A stretch of 53,447 nucleotides of DNA, from positions 1 through 53,447 of the forward strand of contig JASHPN010000208.1 of assembly GCA_030038175.1 (NCBI GenBank). Reading direction: 5' to 3'. Position 1 is the first letter of the stretch; every line of letters begins with the position of its first letter. This document shows positions 19,151-28,261 of this stretch, piece after piece. The position numbers were made by a program, and so were the translations under genes. The DNA is from Verrucomicrobiia bacterium (GTDB lineage: Bacteria; Verrucomicrobiota; Verrucomicrobiia; Limisphaerales; UBA11358). The notes under the pieces were generated by a model. That model had not been told where the DNA came from and did not search any database. It saw only the letters and a list, made by a program, of their open reading frames with translations.

Positions 19151-20074
19151 ATGACGAAATCACAGCGGGCGCCGCGGCGAAAGTTGCCGCGATCATTCAA
19201 GGAATTGACCCCGGCGAATCACTTCAAGCCATCCACTTTTTTCCGCGAGCTGGTTTTGAAAGCGTGGCTGACGCCGCGCACCGGGGAACAGCATCGGCCG
19301 ATTTTCCCGAAACTGAAATATGGCCAGGTGGCCATCACGTGGATCGGCCATGCGTCGTTTTTAATCCAGTTCACCGATTTGAACGTCCTCATTGACCCGA
19401 ATTTCGCGAACTGGCTTTTTTTATTGAAAAGAATCAAGCGCAGCGGGATGCGCATTCGCGACTTGCCGCCGATTGATCTGGTATTGCTCACGCACGCGCA
19501 TTTCGACCATTTTCACAAACCGACCTTGCGCAAGCTGCCGCACCCGAAAATGGGAATTATGCCCCGGGGCGTCGGCGACCTCGCCCACAACCTGGGTTTT
19601 TCACGCGTGATTGAGTTGGAATGGTGGGAAAGTTTTTCGCAGGCGAAATCCGACTGGAAAGTCACCTTCACGCCGAGCGAGCACTGGGGCGCGCGCACGA
19701 TTGCCGACCGCCATCGCGGCTATGGCGGCTTTGTTTTGGAGCATCAGGGCCGGAAAATTTATCACGCCGGTGACAGCGCCTATTTCAGCGGGTTCAAAGA
19801 AATTGGCAAACGAATGACGCCGGAAATCGCGCTGCTGCCGATCGGGGCGTATCATCCGGAGACATTTCGGGCGGTGCACATGGGGCCGGACGAAGCGGTG
19901 AAGGCGTTTTTTGATTTAAACGCGAAACAATTTGTCCCCATGCACTTCGGCACGTTCCGGCTGTCATTTGAGGAAATGGACGAGCCGTTGCGCTGGCTGC
20001 GCGAGCTGGCCGCCCAGAACAAAATCAGCCACAGGCTGCAGGCATTGAGTGAAGGCGTGCCGGTCGTGTTTTGA
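19151..20074 (+). CDS. MBL-fold metallo-hydrolase (NAPE-PLD/RomA-like)
   Basis: TWIGHASFL, THAHFDH, YHAGDSAY, PMHFGTF. Confidence 0.9.
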   Translation: MTKSQRAPRRKLPRSFKELTPANHFKPSTFFRELVLKAWLTPRTGEQHRPIFPKLKYGQVAITWIGHASFLIQFTDLNVLIDPNFANWLFLLKRIKRSGMRIRDLPPIDLVLLTHAHFDHFHKPTLRKLPHPKMGIMPRGVGDLAHNLGFSRVIELEWWESFSQAKSDWKVTFTPSEHWGARTIADRHRGYGGFVLEHQGRKIYHAGDSAYFSGFKEIGKRMTPEIALLPIGAYHPETFRAVHMGPDEAVKAFFDLNAKQFVPMHFGTFRLSFEEMDEPLRWLRELAAQNKISHRLQALSEGVPVVF

Positions 20075-20120
20075 TCGTTGAAATAGTTGCCAATTGCCTG
20101 CCGGCAGGCAAAATGGCGGC

Positions 20121-20606
20121 GTGAGCTTTCGCGATAAAATTATCCCCTGGGACGCATTACCGGCCTGGCGCAACGCCTTTCGCGCCACGGGAAAACATCT
20201 CGTCGTGACGAATGGTTGCTTCGATATTTTGCACCCCGGCCACGTGACCTACCTGGAGGCGGCCCGCGGCTTTGGCGACGGCCTGCTCGTGGGCGTCAAC
20301 GGCGACGAGGCGACCCGCCAGTTGAAGGGGCCCAATCGCCCGGTCAATTCCCAGGCCGATCGCGCCATCGTGCTGGCGGCTTTGGAGAGCGTGGCCGCCG
20401 TTTGCATTTTCGAGGAAAAAACCGCGACGCGTTTTTTGGAACGCGCCCAGCCGGATATTTACGCCAAAGGCGGTGATTACACTTTGGAAACGTTAAATCA
20501 GGACGAGCGGCGCGCCGTGGAAGCGGCGGGCGGGCGCATCAAACTGATTCCCTTCGTTCCCGGCAAATCCACGACCGCCATTCTCGAAAAAATCTCGCGG
20601 CTTTAA
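20121..20606 (+). CDS. rfaE2: Heptose-1-phosphate adenylyltransferase (stand-alone HldE domain II)
   Basis: TNGCFDILHPGH, VGVNGD, KGGDY, GKSTT; GTG start. Confidence 0.9.
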   Translation: MSFRDKIIPWDALPAWRNAFRATGKHLVVTNGCFDILHPGHVTYLEAARGFGDGLLVGVNGDEATRQLKGPNRPVNSQADRAIVLAALESVAAVCIFEEKTATRFLERAQPDIYAKGGDYTLETLNQDERRAVEAAGGRIKLIPFVPGKSTTAILEKISRL

Positions 20607-20614
20607 GCGCGTAA

Positions 20615-21679
20615 ATGAAAATTCTGGTCATTTCCTTTGCCGGCATTGGCGATACATTATTCGCCACGCCGCTGATTCACGAATTGCGCGCGAATTTTCC
20701 CGATTCCACCCTGGACGCCCTGGTCCGATGGCCGGCCGCCCACGGCTTGTTGCAAAACAATCCGCATCTGAATAAGGTTTGGCAAAAGGACCTCGCCGCG
20801 GATTCAAAGATCAGTTCGTTTTTGTTTTTATGGAAATTGCGGCGGCTCCGCTACGACTTTACCATCGTAACCTTCCCTCAAAGCCGTAGCGAGTATCGCC
20901 GCGTGGCGGGTTTCCTTAAGGCCCGGACGCGCATCAGCCATGACTATGGTAATTTCACGGCCGCCGACCGGAAATTCGTCAACCAGACCTTGCCGGTGGA
21001 TTACGGCCGGCACGCCGTCCAAAACAACCTCGCGTTGCTGCCATTACTGGGCGTAAAACCGGTATTGCCATCGCATCGCTACGAATTGTATCCCGGCGAA
21101 GCGGACCATGCCTGGGCGCAAGGTTTCATCACGCAACAGCAGCTTCAATTGCGCCCGTTGCTGGGCGTCCACGTGGGCTCGGGCGCCACCAAGAACCTGG
21201 CCTTGCGCCGCTGGCCGCTCGAAAACTACGTCGCACTGGCTCGGCAATTGCAGGAAAAGAAACCCGAGGTGGCAGTTTTGTTTTTTGGCGGCCCAGGCGA
21301 AAAAGAAGCCCATGAAACGATTCGCGCGGCGGGGCTGAAAACGGCCTTCTTTCCAAAGGGAGAAAGCCTCCTGCAATCCGCCGCATTGATCAGAAAATGC
21401 GACGTGTTTTTGAGCGTGGACACGTCGCTGATGCATATTGCCGCGGCGATGGGCATAAAGAATCAAATCGTGATTGAAACGCCAACCTGGAACAAGCCCA
21501 TCGAACCATTCGCAACTTCGTTTACGTTGATAAAAAATCCGGTCGTGGCCGGACGCAACCTGGAGTATTACCGCTATGATGGCGGCGATATCAAAGGCAC
21601 GCCGGAAGAATTGATACGGTGCATGGCTTCGGTAAAGGTCGAGGAGGTGTTGGAGGTGGTGACGAGGAAAATGGGATAG
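20615..21679 (+). CDS. Glycosyltransferase family 9 (heptosyltransferase-like)
   Basis: GIGDTLFATPLI, RRWPLENY, SVDTSLMHIAAA. Confidence 0.9.
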   Translation: MKILVISFAGIGDTLFATPLIHELRANFPDSTLDALVRWPAAHGLLQNNPHLNKVWQKDLAADSKISSFLFLWKLRRLRYDFTIVTFPQSRSEYRRVAGFLKARTRISHDYGNFTAADRKFVNQTLPVDYGRHAVQNNLALLPLLGVKPVLPSHRYELYPGEADHAWAQGFITQQQLQLRPLLGVHVGSGATKNLALRRWPLENYVALARQLQEKKPEVAVLFFGGPGEKEAHETIRAAGLKTAFFPKGESLLQSAALIRKCDVFLSVDTSLMHIAAAMGIKNQIVIETPTWNKPIEPFATSFTLIKNPVVAGRNLEYYRYDGGDIKGTPEELIRCMASVKVEEVLEVVTRKMG

Positions 21680-21855
21680 AACCACACCGATGTGGCGTCG
21701 GGCCTCTGGCCTGACGTAGAGGGCGTGCTTCCAGCCGCCCGGAAAAATCGTTCGATTGCTGAATCATTTCAAGAATTACGAACGTTTTGTATCAGTCGAG
21801 CGGCTATTCCGCCGGGCCGGAGGCCCCGGCTCTACGGCAGGCAGGATGCCTGCCG

Positions 21856-22575
21856 CTACAAAGTAAAGCCTGCTCCTTTGGCGTCGTTGGCGAACATCTT
21901 CACGGTGTCCAGCGAGAGCGCTCCCAAATCCATCCCCGCCATTTTAATGGCCTTGCCCAAAATATCATGGGGGACCGTCACGATGTCGGAGCCGCATTCG
22001 TCCGCCTGAAAAATATTGAGCACTTCGCGGACGCTCGCCCAGAGCAATTCAGCGTGCGGCAAGTTCTTCAAAATGGTTTTGCTCTGGCGCATATAAGGAA
22101 CGGGATCAACGCCCGTATCGGCGATGCGCCCGGCAAAAACAGAAACCACGGCGGGAACTCGCGGATTCAGCGCCCGCGCCACGCCTTCCACCTGGTCCAA
22201 CGTCAAAATGGCCGTGACGTTGAGCTTCACGCCCTGGGCGGCCAGTTCTTTGATGAGCGGCAACGAGGATTCGCCCCGCGTATTGGTGATCGGGATTTTG
22301 ACATACACATTTTTGGCCCACCCATTGATTTTAAGGGCCTGCCGCTTCATTTCCGGAAAATCATCGGAAAAAACTTCCAGCGAGAGCGGTTTGGCGGTGA
22401 TGCTTTGCAAAATATCGCGGGCAAACGCTTCAAAATCCGTAAGGCCGGCCTTGCGCATCAGGGTGGGATTCGTCGTAAGGCCCTGGATCAGCGGATTGGC
22501 GTTTAATTCCAACATGCCCTTTTTGTCTGCCCCATCGGCAAACACCTTAACTTTCAGCTCGCTCAGAGTTTTCAT
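21856..22575 (-). CDS. tal: Transaldolase (short type)
   Basis: FADGAD, GLTTNPTLMRK, VYVKIP Schiff-base Lys, SVFAGRIADTG. Confidence 0.92.
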   Translation of the reverse strand: MKTLSELKVKVFADGADKKGMLELNANPLIQGLTTNPTLMRKAGLTDFEAFARDILQSITAKPLSLEVFSDDFPEMKRQALKINGWAKNVYVKIPITNTRGESSLPLIKELAAQGVKLNVTAILTLDQVEGVARALNPRVPAVVSVFAGRIADTGVDPVPYMRQSKTILKNLPHAELLWASVREVLNIFQADECGSDIVTVPHDILGKAIKMAGMDLGALSLDTVKMFANDAKGAGFTL

Positions 22576-22671
22576 TCAAATGATGCAATTAGATTAGACA
22601 GGTTAAGCCGATGTTCAAATAATTTCAGCGATTTAGTCAAAATGGGGCGTGAGACAAAATTTTTCTCATTT

Positions 22672-22802
22672 GGAGCGCGGCTGTGTCCCGCGCAGCGGGA
22701 TCAGCCGCAGCAGTTAGGCATACGTCGGACGAACGAAAACCTTGCGGCGATCTGATTTTCCGCGCTGCGACTGGTCCCGCAGACGGGACACAATCGCGCT
22801 CC
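22672..22802. repeat. REP-like element family B (GGAGCGCGGCTG...CGCGCTCC)
   Basis: Terminal inverted repeat with internal hairpins; related copies at 26433-26591, 30124-30282, about 53264-53310. Confidence 0.75.
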
Positions 22803-22826
22803 GGTCAGAGGGTGCTCCAGGCCAAT

Positions 22827-23381
22827 TCACAGTGTGTGGGCTAAAATGACCTCGGCGGCTTCCAACAGGTTTTTGGCGGTAAAATCAGGCTTTTGCTTCA
22901 GTTCTTCCGAGTAGCCGCGATCAATGAAAATGGTTTTGCAACCGGCTGCGTGCCCGCAATCCACGTCCCGCCAGCGGTCGCCGACCATCCAGCACCGGCC
23001 CAAATCCGCATGAAGATCGTGAGCGGCGCGAAGCAACATGCCCGGCCGGGGCTTGCGGCAATCGCATTCGGATTGGCCCTTTCCGGGATGATAGCACACT
23101 TCGACGCGGTCAATGGGAAGCCGGGACAACATATGCGCGTGGATGCGTTCGACATCAGCCCGGTCGAGCGTGCCGCGCCCAACGTCGGGCTGGTTGGTCG
23201 CCACGACCAGGAGAAAGCCGGCGGCTTTCAATTTGGCGCAGGCGGCCGGGACCTCGGGCAGGATTTCAAATTCGACAATGGTTCCAGGCGGATAAGGTTT
23301 GCCCTCGCGTTCAACGGCGCGGTTGATGACGCCATCGCGATCGAGAAACACGATGCGGACGGATTGGGCATTCACAGGCAC
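22827..23381 (-). CDS. gmhB: D-glycero-D-manno-heptose-1,7-bisphosphate phosphatase (HAD IIIA)
   Basis: FLDRDGVIN, ATNQPD, CDCRKPRPGML, WMVGDRWRD. Confidence 0.9.
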   Translation of the reverse strand: MPVNAQSVRIVFLDRDGVINRAVEREGKPYPPGTIVEFEILPEVPAACAKLKAAGFLLVVATNQPDVGRGTLDRADVERIHAHMLSRLPIDRVEVCYHPGKGQSECDCRKPRPGMLLRAAHDLHADLGRCWMVGDRWRDVDCGHAAGCKTIFIDRGYSEELKQKPDFTAKNLLEAAEVILAHTL

Positions 23382-23582
23382 AGGTCAGGGGACAAAAACG
23401 GCGGGCTGGCGAAGACACACGTTTCACATCGCCAACACCGCCGAAGCGCCCAGTTCTCATTGGGCGGCTTTATTTTACCCCCAAAATGGGCGGGTGCAAA
23501 ACGATTTTTGGAAAATTTTTTTACCCCGGGTTCTCTTCTCTCTGCTCTTTACTTTCAATGCAAAAGGCTGGAAAAATGGCGT

Positions 23583-26420
23583 ATGTTAATTCGCCGGGGC
23601 TTGCCCTTTGCGTGGCTCTTGCTCTGCTTTTTCCCGCTTTTCACGATGGCGGCGGCGCTTTCGGATTCGCCGTTCCTTGTGGATTCCTGGACCGTTGAGG
23701 ATGGGTTGCCCGATAGCGAAGCCGTTTCGGTCCTGCAGGCCCGGGACGGCTATCTTTGGATTGGCACCCTTCACGGACTCGTTCGCTTCGACGGAAACCA
23801 ATTTAAGGTCTTCGACGAGATGGATACTCCCGGCTTGAAGAGCGACCGCATTGTGTTCCTCTATGAAGACAGCCATACCAATCTTTGGATTGGCACCCAG
23901 TCCGCCGGGCTGGCCGTGATCCATGACGGGCAAATCAAGAGTTTCCAGGCCGAAACTTCCGCCGCCGGCGCGATCACGTGTGCCAGCGAAAATTCCGGAG
24001 ACATTTTGTTTTATTCGGATAATGGATTTGCCAATTATCACCAGGGCCACATGACCTATTACCCGGGAGTCCGGTCCCTGGAATTGTATCTCAAGGCGAT
24101 GCATCTGATTGTCCCTGCCAAAGACGGGGGCGTTTGGCGGCTGTGGAACGGGGCCATTCAGGAATGGAATGGCGATCACTGCGAAAAAAATCTCGGCGCC
24201 TGCCCGTGGGGCAATACTTTCGTCAAAGCCGTTTGCGAAGATGAAAAGGGAAACCTGATTGTGGGCACCCTCGGCAAGGGCATTTTTTGGTTTGATGCCG
24301 ATGGAAACTACCGGCATATCTCCAAAACGAACGGCTTGTCCTCGGATTTCGTTCTTTCTCTGTGCGTTGATGATGACGGAAATCTTTGGGCGGGCACGGA
24401 TGGGGCGGGTTTGGACCGCGTCAAGAGGAAAGCATTCAGCACTCTTCCCGGGCTGCGTCCCTGGCCGGTCACCTCGATCGCGCAGGACGCTTCGGGCGGC
24501 GTATGGGCGGCGTTCACTGCCGCCGGCCTGTCCTATTGGAACTCGAATGCCGTTCGCGATTTTGGCGTGGGCCAGGTGTCGGATGCCTCGGCCGTGCTGG
24601 TGGACCAAAAACAAAATGTTTGGGCAGGCACCAGCAGTGAGGGGCTCTTTCGATTTCAAACCAATCGTTTTGTGCCTGTCTTCGCCGCGCGGACTGACAT
24701 TCCCGCTCTTTTTGAAAGCCGCGACGGACGGCTTTGGGCCGGAACTCAAAACGGCCTGGGTTGCTGGGATGGCAGGAGCTGGAGACTCTACACCACCCGC
24801 GATGGTTTGTCCGGAAACGCCGTCAGCGCCATCGCCGAAGATTCCCGCGGCAACCTGTGGGTTGGAACCGAAGACAGCGGCCTGGATTACTTCGACGGCC
24901 AAAAATTCATTTCCTGTCGGGCCTCCGCCAATGGCTTGCCCGGCAACGATATTTCATGCCTGTACGTGGATCACGACGGCGTTTTATGGGTGGGCACCTC
25001 CGCTCACGGTCTCGCGCGCTTCAAGAACGGCCAATGGACTCCGTTGTCAGAACGCGACGGCCTGGCCAGCAACAGCATCGGTTACATCATCGGCGACGAC
25101 GAGGGGGATCTGTGGATCGGTTGCAATGCCGGCCTGATGCGGATTTCAAAGGAATCGCTCGCCGGTCTCGTGGAGGAAACGAACTTATTCTGCCGCGTCT
25201 ATGGAAAGGCCGACGGTATGCCGACGCGCGAATGTTCCAGCGGCTCGCAACCGGCCGCCATCCGCGCGCACGATGGCCGGCTCTGGTTTCCGACGAGCGA
25301 GGGCCTGGTGATCATAGACCCCTCGAAATTGGCGCTGAACCGCCCTCCTCCGAAGATCCTCATTGAATCTGTGCTGGTGGACGGGCAGGAGCAAAATACC
25401 AATCCATTAAATTCCGCCTGGAGCGCCAGTGTCACAGTCCCGCCCGGGGGCGAACAACTGGAAATCCATTACACCGCCCTCAATTTTTCCGCGCCGCAGG
25501 CCGTTCATTTCAAATACCGTCTGGAGGGGCATGAGAATGCCTGGACCGACGCCGGCGATGGCCGCGTGGCCCGCTATCCGGCACTGCCGCCGGGCCATTA
25601 TCAATTTCACGTTATCGCCTGCAACGAAGACGGCATCTGGAACAATGAAGGCGCCGTCCTGGCGGTAGTCGTGCAGCCCCAATTCTGGCAGACGGCCACG
25701 TTTCAGATTGTGGTCATTCTCGTTTTGCTTGGTTTGATCGTCGGTATCGTCAGGTATGTTTCGACTCAAAAATTGCATCGCCAGGTCCAGCGCCTCAAAC
25801 AACAGGAAGCGCTCGAGCGCGAACGCGCGCGGATCGCCCGCGATCTTCATGACCAGCTCGGCGCCAATCTCACGCAGGTGGCGTTGCTCGGAGAGATGGC
25901 CGAGGCGGACAAAAATCTGCCGGATGAAGTCGAAGCGCACACGCGGCAAATTTCCCAGACGGCGCGGGAAACGACGCGTTCACTCGATGAAATTGTCTGG
26001 GCGATTAATCCGTCCAATGACACGCTGGAAGGCCTGGCCAATTATGTGTGCAAATATGCGCAGGAATATTTCGCCCTCGCAAATTTGCCTTGCCGCGTGG
26101 ATTTTCCGGCGCAATTGCCCGCCGCGCCCATTCCGCCGGAAGTGCGCCACAATGTGTTTCTGGCCTTTAAGGAGGCAGTCAATAACGTGGTCAAGCACGC
26201 GCAGGCAAGCCAGGCTGGGGTTCGACTCCAATTGCAACCGGATCATTTCATTCTTCAGATCGAGGACAACGGCCGCGGCCTGGACAAAGACTTCGAAGCC
26301 AAAAACCGGAATGGCGTGCGCAATATGAAAAAGCGCATGGAGGATATTGGGGGCGATTTCTCCATTTCACCCGGCGCGAATGGCGGAACGGTTATTCAAC
26401 TGACAGTGCCGCTTAAATGA
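23583..26420 (+). CDS. Sensor histidine kinase with two-component-regulator beta-propellers, Y_Y_Y domain and HisKA_3/HATPase
   Basis: Signal peptide, repeated LW(I/V)GT propeller motifs, FKYRLEG, TM helix, RIARDLHDQLGA H-box, IEDNGRG; ATG 23583 chosen within ORF 22893..26420. Confidence 0.93.
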   Translation: MLIRRGLPFAWLLLCFFPLFTMAAALSDSPFLVDSWTVEDGLPDSEAVSVLQARDGYLWIGTLHGLVRFDGNQFKVFDEMDTPGLKSDRIVFLYEDSHTNLWIGTQSAGLAVIHDGQIKSFQAETSAAGAITCASENSGDILFYSDNGFANYHQGHMTYYPGVRSLELYLKAMHLIVPAKDGGVWRLWNGAIQEWNGDHCEKNLGACPWGNTFVKAVCEDEKGNLIVGTLGKGIFWFDADGNYRHISKTNGLSSDFVLSLCVDDDGNLWAGTDGAGLDRVKRKAFSTLPGLRPWPVTSIAQDASGGVWAAFTAAGLSYWNSNAVRDFGVGQVSDASAVLVDQKQNVWAGTSSEGLFRFQTNRFVPVFAARTDIPALFESRDGRLWAGTQNGLGCWDGRSWRLYTTRDGLSGNAVSAIAEDSRGNLWVGTEDSGLDYFDGQKFISCRASANGLPGNDISCLYVDHDGVLWVGTSAHGLARFKNGQWTPLSERDGLASNSIGYIIGDDEGDLWIGCNAGLMRISKESLAGLVEETNLFCRVYGKADGMPTRECSSGSQPAAIRAHDGRLWFPTSEGLVIIDPSKLALNRPPPKILIESVLVDGQEQNTNPLNSAWSASVTVPPGGEQLEIHYTALNFSAPQAVHFKYRLEGHENAWTDAGDGRVARYPALPPGHYQFHVIACNEDGIWNNEGAVLAVVVQPQFWQTATFQIVVILVLLGLIVGIVRYVSTQKLHRQVQRLKQQEALERERARIARDLHDQLGANLTQVALLGEMAEADKNLPDEVEAHTRQISQTARETTRSLDEIVWAINPSNDTLEGLANYVCKYAQEYFALANLPCRVDFPAQLPAAPIPPEVRHNVFLAFKEAVNNVVKHAQASQAGVRLQLQPDHFILQIEDNGRGLDKDFEAKNRNGVRNMKKRMEDIGGDFSISPGANGGTVIQLTVPLK

Positions 26421-26432
26421 TTTTCGCCTGGC

Positions 26433-26591
26433 GGAGCGCGGCTGCCCGCCCTTCCGCAGCCTTTGGCGAAGGAGGGTGTGCGATAGCATCAGCCGCCGCG
26501 GCCCGACAAGCCCTAGACCACCGTGCTTTGTGCAAGCATCCGGGCCGTGCGCGCTGCGACTGATCCCGCAGACGGGATGCAGTCGCGCTCC
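26433..26591. repeat. REP-like element family B
   Basis: GGAGCGCGGCTGCCCGCCCTTCCG...CGCAGACGGGATGCAGTCGCGCTCC; similar to 30124-30282. Confidence 0.75.
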
Positions 26592-26669
26592 GGCGTTGCA
26601 TCCGTCCGTAAAACGTAATTCGTAAATTTCCTTTTTCCTTTTTCCTTTTTCCTTTTTAATTCTCCACGG

Positions 26670-27293
26670 ATGGCCACTACCGTTTCCATCGTCGAAGACA
26701 ACGAAAAGCTGCGCGGCACGCTGGCCCGGGTCCTCAATCGCGCCGAAGGCTTCCGTTGTGTCAGCCAATATCCGAGCGCGGAAGAGGCGCTCAAGGACCT
26801 GCCTTCGGTCAAACCGAACGTGGTGCTGATGGACATCAATTTGCCCGGCATCAACGGCGTCGAATGCGTCCGCCAGTTGAAAAAGAATTTGCCCGAGGTC
26901 CAGGTCATGATGCTGACCGTTTATGAGGACACGGACAATATCTTCGATGCGCTCGCCGCCGGCGCCAGCGGATACCTGCTCAAACGGACGACCGGGGCGG
27001 AACTGCTCGAAGCCATTCGCGACGTTCAGCGCGGCGGCTCGCCCATGACCGCGCATATCGCGCGCAAAGTCGTGCAATCGTTCCAAAAAAATGCTCCGGC
27101 CCAGCCCGCCGAAAACCTGTCCGAGCGCGAACAACAGGTGCTCGACCTGCTGAGCAAGGGACTGATGTACAAGGAAATCGCCGACAAACTCCAAATCAGT
27201 TACGAAACAGTTCACACCTACATCCGGCGCATCTATGAAAAGCTGCGCGTCCGCACGCGCACCGAAGCCGTCGCAAAATTTTTGAGGCAATAG
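26670..27293 (+). CDS. NarL/LuxR-family response regulator
   Basis: REC domain (IVEDN, LMDINLPG, GYLLK) plus LSEREQQVL...YKEIADKL HTH. Confidence 0.96.
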   Translation: MATTVSIVEDNEKLRGTLARVLNRAEGFRCVSQYPSAEEALKDLPSVKPNVVLMDINLPGINGVECVRQLKKNLPEVQVMMLTVYEDTDNIFDALAAGASGYLLKRTTGAELLEAIRDVQRGGSPMTAHIARKVVQSFQKNAPAQPAENLSEREQQVLDLLSKGLMYKEIADKLQISYETVHTYIRRIYEKLRVRTRTEAVAKFLRQ

Positions 27294-27496
27294 GCCTTCC
27301 GTGGCAGCGAACGTGACTTCGCTCTGGCTATTTTTCCACTGCCGGCATTCAACCGCGGGCCGCTGATGAAAATCCAAGCTCGTTTTTTCGTGAAGTATTT
27401 AGTCAGAGCCTCCTGACGCCGGCTGCCACGCAATTAAGGACGCGAGCACTTTTCTCCGTGCCTCAACGGCTAATTAGAAAACTCCTCTTCAATGCG

Positions 27497-27515
27497 GTGC
27501 GCAATAGTTGCGCAC
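27497..27515. promoter_or_regulatory. Perfect 8-3-8 palindrome, candidate operator
   Basis: GTGCGCAA-TAG-TTGCGCAC, 29 bp upstream of the promoter motif at 27545. Confidence 0.4.
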
Positions 27516-27544
27516 GCGGACGCGAAGATATTGGAATTTTTTTT

Positions 27545-27573
27545 GAACTCTTTGCCCGTGGAAATGCGTCTAA
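27545..27573 (+). promoter_or_regulatory. ECF-type promoter motif, copy 1
   Basis: GAACTC-N16-CGTCTAA; same spacing as copy 2. Confidence 0.6.
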
Positions 27574-27597
27574 ACACGGCAAAGGGGAAAATGGCAA

Positions 27598-27822
27598 ATG
27601 AAAACGCTTAAAGCAGTAGAGTTGACCGATCCGAATTTACGGGCCATGCCCAAGGGCCTGAGGCAAATGTTTTTGGTCTCGGTAAAATTTTTTACCAGAA
27701 AGGACAAGGCAACGGCTAAAGCCGAAGGGCAAAACGCCGATAAAGGTAATCCGGGAAAGACTGCCGCAAATCGGTCGCGGGCGTTTCAGTGGGATTACTG
27801 GTTGAATAGACCCGGTCAATAG
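27598..27822 (+). CDS. Small hypothetical protein, paralog A (74 aa)
   Basis: Purine-rich RBS; shares PxxRxxPKGLxQ and SRAFxWDYW with 27907..28152. Confidence 0.7.
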   Translation: MKTLKAVELTDPNLRAMPKGLRQMFLVSVKFFTRKDKATAKAEGQNADKGNPGKTAANRSRAFQWDYWLNRPGQ

Positions 27823-27849
27823 TTGGGAAAGAAATCGTAATTTTTTTTT

Positions 27850-27878
27850 GAATCCTTTTTTAGCAAGGATGCGTCTAA
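27850..27878 (+). promoter_or_regulatory. ECF-type promoter motif, copy 2
   Basis: GAATCC-N16-CGTCTAA. Confidence 0.6.
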
Positions 27879-27906
27879 CAGGATAGTTGGGGTTGGAAAG
27901 GCAAAA

Positions 27907-28152
27907 ATGTTCAAGTCAATCGTATGCACGTATCCGGACTTCCGGATGTTGCCAAAAGGTCTCAAGCAATTGCTTGTGGCCTCGGAGAATTTATTTTTCA
28001 GCGAGAGCAAGGGCGCGGCGCCAGGAACGAATGAGCGAAAAGCCGGCGGCGTCCGGTTATGGCAGGCGCCCAAGGGGCCGTTTTTTAACAGGCGCCGGGA
28101 AGAACAGCCGGCGCCGTCGCGCGCATTTCGATGGGATTATTGGTCGGAGTGA
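27907..28152 (+). CDS. Small hypothetical protein, paralog B (81 aa)
   Basis: Paralogy with 27598..27822 at both termini. Confidence 0.7.
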   Translation: MFKSIVCTYPDFRMLPKGLKQLLVASENLFFSESKGAAPGTNERKAGGVRLWQAPKGPFFNRRREEQPAPSRAFRWDYWSE

Positions 28153-28261
28153 AACACGTGGTGCGTGGTGCGTGGTGCGTCAAGTATCTGAGGTGAGAGA
28201 AGCGCGTTATTGGGCGGAATCTTGTATTTTCGCCTCTGTAACCAGAGGATGTCGCTTCTAA

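Noticed and set aside
22893-23582. 230-aa N-terminal extension of the histidine kinase
   Set aside because: Antisense to gmhB; the signal peptide begins at ATG 23583.
26367-27377. 336-aa minus-strand ORF
   Set aside because: Antisense shadow of the response regulator.
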